Of a stretch of 31,033 nucleotides of DNA, positions 27,158 to 31,033 are shown one piece after another. Numbering within the stretch: the stretch's first letter is position 1; each line of letters starts with the position of its first letter. The translations under genes were made by a program, and so were the position numbers. Where the stretch lies: positions 1 to 31,033 of the IMG/VR virus record IMGVR_UViG_3300022923_001696; one strand, 5' to 3'. The notes beneath the pieces were generated by a model that worked only from the letters and a program-made list of their open reading frames with translations, was not told the origin of the DNA and made no database searches. This stretch comes from a virus. Taxonomy: Duplodnaviria > Caudoviricetes.

Positions 27158-28483
27158 ATTAACAGTTTCTTTAACTTCTTTTTTAACTTCGGGTCGTGTT
27201 TTAGTTTCTTCGTTGTAAGGATTATCTATTTCATATTGGATACGAGCAGATGCTATTTCCATATATTCTTCTTCTCTTTCAATACCTACAAAATCAAACC
27301 CACCTCTAATGGCAGCCTTACCAGTTGAACCACTACCCATAAATGGGTCAAGTGTAGTTCCACCTTTTGGAGTAACCAAACGAATAAGATATAACATCAA
27401 ATCAGTTGGTTTTACTGTTGGGTGATTATTCTTACTTGGTGCCTTTTCACTACCAAACTTACCACTTGCACTATTTACGTCATCTTGATAATTACCTATA
27501 CCACCACCACCTCCAACGGTTTGCTTTTCCTCAAATGTATCTAATCCCTCATTCCTATCAGTTTTAGACGTTTTTGGACAATAGAAGAAACGAGATGCTC
27601 CACCTACATCACCAAAACCAGGATTTTCATCTCTTACTTCTCCATTATATCTACCATCCCATATACCTTCTTTGTTTCCACTTCTACCACCTGTGGATTT
27701 AGATGTTCCACTCTGTTCATCCAAGATTTTACCAGCTTCTTCATCAAAGATTATGTTTGCAGGAAATCTACCTTCTCTTATTGGATTATCTATTTTGCCA
27801 GAAAAGTTCCCATGAAATAGATTATCATTACCCTGCCCGGTTATTGTTATTTGCTCTGTTCCAACCCGTGATGCATCTATATTTATTCCACCAGTTCCCC
27901 ATTCTAAAACATTATTAACTACTGTTTTTTCTGAAAGTGGTTTTCTTGCCATTACGATTGGTTCGTGAGCGGGTTTGAGAGCAGTTCCCCAACCTTCCCA
28001 CTCGGAGTTTCCTTTTGTTATAGTTTGTGTTCCATATCCAAATTGTTTGGTATTATTTCTATTTGCAGGGTCAGCTAAGTAACCAGCACCATTTTCCTTT
28101 GCCTTTTGAACATCACCCCTTACTTTTTCACCAACTACTTCTCTTTGATTACCAAGTTTTTTATCAACTTGTATTCCTATATTCATAGATTTTGGAAAAC
28201 CTGAACCATAAATCCACATGATTTGGTCTCTAATTTCAAACCCTGCATCTTCAACTCTTACCGCCATTCTATGATAAGTTCTACTTCCAGCGAATGATAA
28301 AAGATGGCCACCTGGTTTTAGAACTCTATAACATTCTTCCCATATTTCTTGTGAAGGAACATCGTAATCCCATTTCTTACCCATAAATGATAAACCATAT
28401 GGTGGGTCAGTAACAATAGAATCAATAGAATTATCGTCTAACTCTTTGAGTTTGTCTATACAATCTCCTAATAATATTTTCAT
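27140..28483 (-). CDS. Beta-class N6A/N4C DNA methyltransferase (copy 1)
   Basis: Same motifs as copy 2, with near-identical conserved blocks and different variable segments; tail KETVNKFFSF. Confidence 0.93.
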   Translation of the reverse strand: MKILLGDCIDKLKELDDNSIDSIVTDPPYGLSFMGKKWDYDVPSQEIWEECYRVLKPGGHLLSFAGSRTYHRMAVRVEDAGFEIRDQIMWIYGSGFPKSMNIGIQVDKKLGNQREVVGEKVRGDVQKAKENGAGYLADPANRNNTKQFGYGTQTITKGNSEWEGWGTALKPAHEPIVMARKPLSEKTVVNNVLEWGTGGINIDASRVGTEQITITGQGNDNLFHGNFSGKIDNPIREGRFPANIIFDEEAGKILDEQSGTSKSTGGRSGNKEGIWDGRYNGEVRDENPGFGDVGGASRFFYCPKTSKTDRNEGLDTFEEKQTVGGGGGIGNYQDDVNSASGKFGSEKAPSKNNHPTVKPTDLMLYLIRLVTPKGGTTLDPFMGSGSTGKAAIRGGFDFVGIEREEEYMEIASARIQYEIDNPYNEETKTRPEVKKEVKETVNKFFSF

Positions 28484-28512
28484 ATAACTTTATTTTAAAA
28501 ACTAAAAAACTT
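28460..28512. repeat. ~53-bp direct repeat, copy B (polymerase/MTase1 junction)
   Basis: acaatctcctaataatattttcatataactttattttaaaaactaaaaaactt. Confidence 0.85.
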
Positions 28513-31011
28513 TTCTGCGGTTTTCTGCTCACTAATCATTTCACCCCAACCGATTGCATCGTAGAAATCTTGTAACTTACCTCGTAATTCTCTTTCAAAG
28601 ATTTTGTTGTGGTCAATATAAGTGTTGATAAATGACTCAATCTCAGGTGGGTCTGAATAACCTGTAAATGCAATTCCATCCAATCCTAATGGATTGTTTT
28701 TAAGATATACCCATTTTACTTTATCACCATCTGTGATAGGTGAGTATTTGTAAGGTGCATTGAAATGAACTAAACAATCATTGTAAGCGATTGCAGCCTT
28801 AACGTGAGCAGGAGTTCCTTTCATTGTAGTAAATGGTTCTCTTTTTCCTTTTGGTTTATACTTGGATAAGTTTTTAATTGCAGAGTTTTTAGCAATTTCT
28901 GAATTAGGTCGTGAAGTCATATTCTTTTTGAAATCTAAAACAAACTCAGTAAGTTCTTCTTCACCCTTACCTCGTAAAATATCAATTAGAACTGTTCCCA
29001 TACATTCTTGGAATGCTTTAGGGAAAGATGACCTCTTTACATCAAGACCCTTTACATCCAACTTATCAGTAGGAATACCATTATTCATGATAATCCATTG
29101 AGCATATCGTTTCTTAGCAACCCATAGACCTGCTTTGGCTACATATTCCTTTTTAATTTCCAATCTGTGTTTATCTTTATCCACATTGAAAACTTTCTTT
29201 GAAAGAACATCATAAAACTCATTTAGATAATCTTGAACTTCACCAGCAATAACATCAACATAACCAGCAATGGTATCTTGTGATTCATCTCTCCAATTAG
29301 GAGTTCTCTTATCCATCAACGGTACTGCTGAAAAGAATACCGAATCCGTATCTATATAAATGTTCGAATCTAAATCAGGTGTTCCTAACTCTTTGTTATA
29401 TTTGATGTTAGCCATATCCGCAGTTGATTTGATAACCGTTTGGCCCGTAAGAGTAACGGCTTCCGCATTATCAATATCATAAAACCGAAAGGCAGGAAGG
29501 CCAAGAACACCATAAAGAGAGTTAAGTAGAATTTTTTGAACCAACTGTCTTTTGCCGTAAAAGGCATATTTTTCTTTATCACCCTCTTGACCATACTTCT
29601 TTTCTAATTTTCTAAACTCTACCCTTTGTTTGAACCATAAATCCAATACACCTGGAATACAACCAACGGTATCAGTTCTATACAATACTCCATTGGATGC
29701 AATAGAGAATTTAGATTTTTCTAAATATTCTTTTAAGTTTTCTTTGGAAATTGCATCATCTCCAATATAATAGGTATCAACTTCACCTTTAAGATATTTC
29801 TGAACATCCCAATCTTTCACTTTACCAATTTTGGTTTCAGGTGAAATGTTGATAGTCATAATAATAGAAGGATATAGGGAAGTTAAATCCAAATCATATA
29901 TCCATTCATACTTTCCAACAATAGGGTCTTTCACATATGCACCTGCAAATGTTTTTTGACCGTCATCTTTAAGAGCCTGCATCATTTCTTGTCTATCAGC
30001 AGGTTTATTTGGAGCAACTAAGTTTCCTCTCCTTAGATATGTTAGCATTGCACCTTCAAGATACTTAGATGAATAAACAAAATCTTCATACGAAACGTGG
30101 CCTGCATGACATATACCCCTACACAAATCTATGAACTGAAGTTTTCTATCAAATTCAACTACTAACTCTACATCGACTAAGTTATACTCAATGAATTTTT
30201 CAATATCATCTCTAAATAATTGGTCTAAGTTTCCTTGATATTCAATCTTACCCCTACCCAATTCTATCTGTGCAACAGTATCTAATCGGTAGTTAGGTAG
30301 TTCCCCATAGTTATAATTCTTATATAAAGCAATATAATCCAAATAAGAAACTCCAGCCATGAAATACCTCTTACGATATGGTGACCAGAAACATTTTCCA
30401 ATAGGTGATAATCTATTTGCTTGTTGTTCACCCAATAATCGTTTTATACGATTGTATAACATAGGTGTATCAAAATAATCAATGTTCCAACCAGTAACGA
30501 TTGATGGATTAATTTGTTCGTAAAGTTCGAGATATTTTAACAACATCTCTTCTTCTGTCTTAAATGGAAGTACGATTGCTTTATCAGTAGTTTTAGCAAC
30601 CATCTCACCCTCCTTATCCATTACCAATACCCAATATTGGTCTGTTGCAGAATCGTGAAGTGCAATAGAAGTAAGTTCGTTCGTAGCTTCTTCTGGATTA
30701 GGAAGTCCACTTGTCATCTCACACTCAATATCGTATGTAAGAATAACATGGCCAGTTGATGGGTCATCTGAATCAGAATATAAATCGACTAAAGCACGAG
30801 TTGTTTCAGGTACATCTGATTCGAATAAATCTGGGTCATCTTTACTGAACTTGTAAATCTTAGTAAGAGTGTCTCCATAAATAGATTTATACTCACCACG
30901 TTCTGCACGTTCGTAAGCATAACGAGTATATGGGAATGAGGAATATCCTCTTTTATCATCCCATAAATGGATTAAATTCTTTTCTCTCTGATAGTAGATA
31001 TTTTGATACAA
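28495..31011 (-). CDS. Family B DNA polymerase (T4 gp43-like) with 3'-5' exonuclease
   Basis: ExoI YDIE, ExoII GWNIDYFD, ExoIII YNLVD, DLTSLYPS, KILLNSLYG, YIDTDS, KKRY. TTG start; tail QKTAEKFFSF. Confidence 0.96.
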   Translation of the reverse strand: MYQNIYYQREKNLIHLWDDKRGYSSFPYTRYAYERAERGEYKSIYGDTLTKIYKFSKDDPDLFESDVPETTRALVDLYSDSDDPSTGHVILTYDIECEMTSGLPNPEEATNELTSIALHDSATDQYWVLVMDKEGEMVAKTTDKAIVLPFKTEEEMLLKYLELYEQINPSIVTGWNIDYFDTPMLYNRIKRLLGEQQANRLSPIGKCFWSPYRKRYFMAGVSYLDYIALYKNYNYGELPNYRLDTVAQIELGRGKIEYQGNLDQLFRDDIEKFIEYNLVDVELVVEFDRKLQFIDLCRGICHAGHVSYEDFVYSSKYLEGAMLTYLRRGNLVAPNKPADRQEMMQALKDDGQKTFAGAYVKDPIVGKYEWIYDLDLTSLYPSIIMTINISPETKIGKVKDWDVQKYLKGEVDTYYIGDDAISKENLKEYLEKSKFSIASNGVLYRTDTVGCIPGVLDLWFKQRVEFRKLEKKYGQEGDKEKYAFYGKRQLVQKILLNSLYGVLGLPAFRFYDIDNAEAVTLTGQTVIKSTADMANIKYNKELGTPDLDSNIYIDTDSVFFSAVPLMDKRTPNWRDESQDTIAGYVDVIAGEVQDYLNEFYDVLSKKVFNVDKDKHRLEIKKEYVAKAGLWVAKKRYAQWIIMNNGIPTDKLDVKGLDVKRSSFPKAFQECMGTVLIDILRGKGEEELTEFVLDFKKNMTSRPNSEIAKNSAIKNLSKYKPKGKREPFTTMKGTPAHVKAAIAYNDCLVHFNAPYKYSPITDGDKVKWVYLKNNPLGLDGIAFTGYSDPPEIESFINTYIDHNKIFERELRGKLQDFYDAIGWGEMISEQKTAEKFFSF

Positions 31012-31033
31012 ATTATATTATGTTTTAAATTGT

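Noticed and set aside
25873-28483. Restriction-modification system
   Set aside because: No adjacent endonuclease or specificity subunit; these look like orphan methyltransferases.
28495-31011. Intein or intron in the DNA polymerase; alternative genetic code
   Set aside because: Length and motif spacing are normal, and genes are intact and tightly packed under the standard code.

Overview
AT-rich, gene-dense segment with essentially all real genes on the minus strand. It reads as part of a large dsDNA phage infecting Bacteroidota (probably flavobacteria). Host evidence: five TTTG-N20-TATCTTT(G/A) housekeeping promoters, signal peptides exposing Gln, a flavobacterial-type TonB-dependent receptor and a T9SS CTD-like domain. 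In transcription order (right to left): (1) a T4-like replication module (family B polymerase, two tandem beta-class DNA methyltransferases, GroEL, sliding clamp, HD hydrolase, TET-associated/GREB1-like glycosyltransferase, clamp-loader large subunit, GroES, TonB-dependent receptor); (2) a P-loop kinase, zinc-finger proteins, clamp-loader small subunit, Cas4-like nuclease and a small RHH-like protein; (3) an ~11 kb glycan cluster (8 glycosyltransferase-like genes, sulfotransferase, epimerase, short UDP-sugar dehydrogenase, DUF2061); (4) an operon of secreted proteins and lipoproteins (cohesin/dockerin-like, CTD-like, coiled-coil/TSP3). Top observation: the polymerase and both methyltransferases end in the same PIP-box-like peptide (QKTAEKFFSF / KETVNKFFSF). 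This suggests methyltransferases tethered to the sliding clamp, giving replication-coupled methylation reminiscent of DNMT1-PCNA. A junction repeat hints at how the methyltransferase array expanded. All family calls are from manual motif reading, not database searches.
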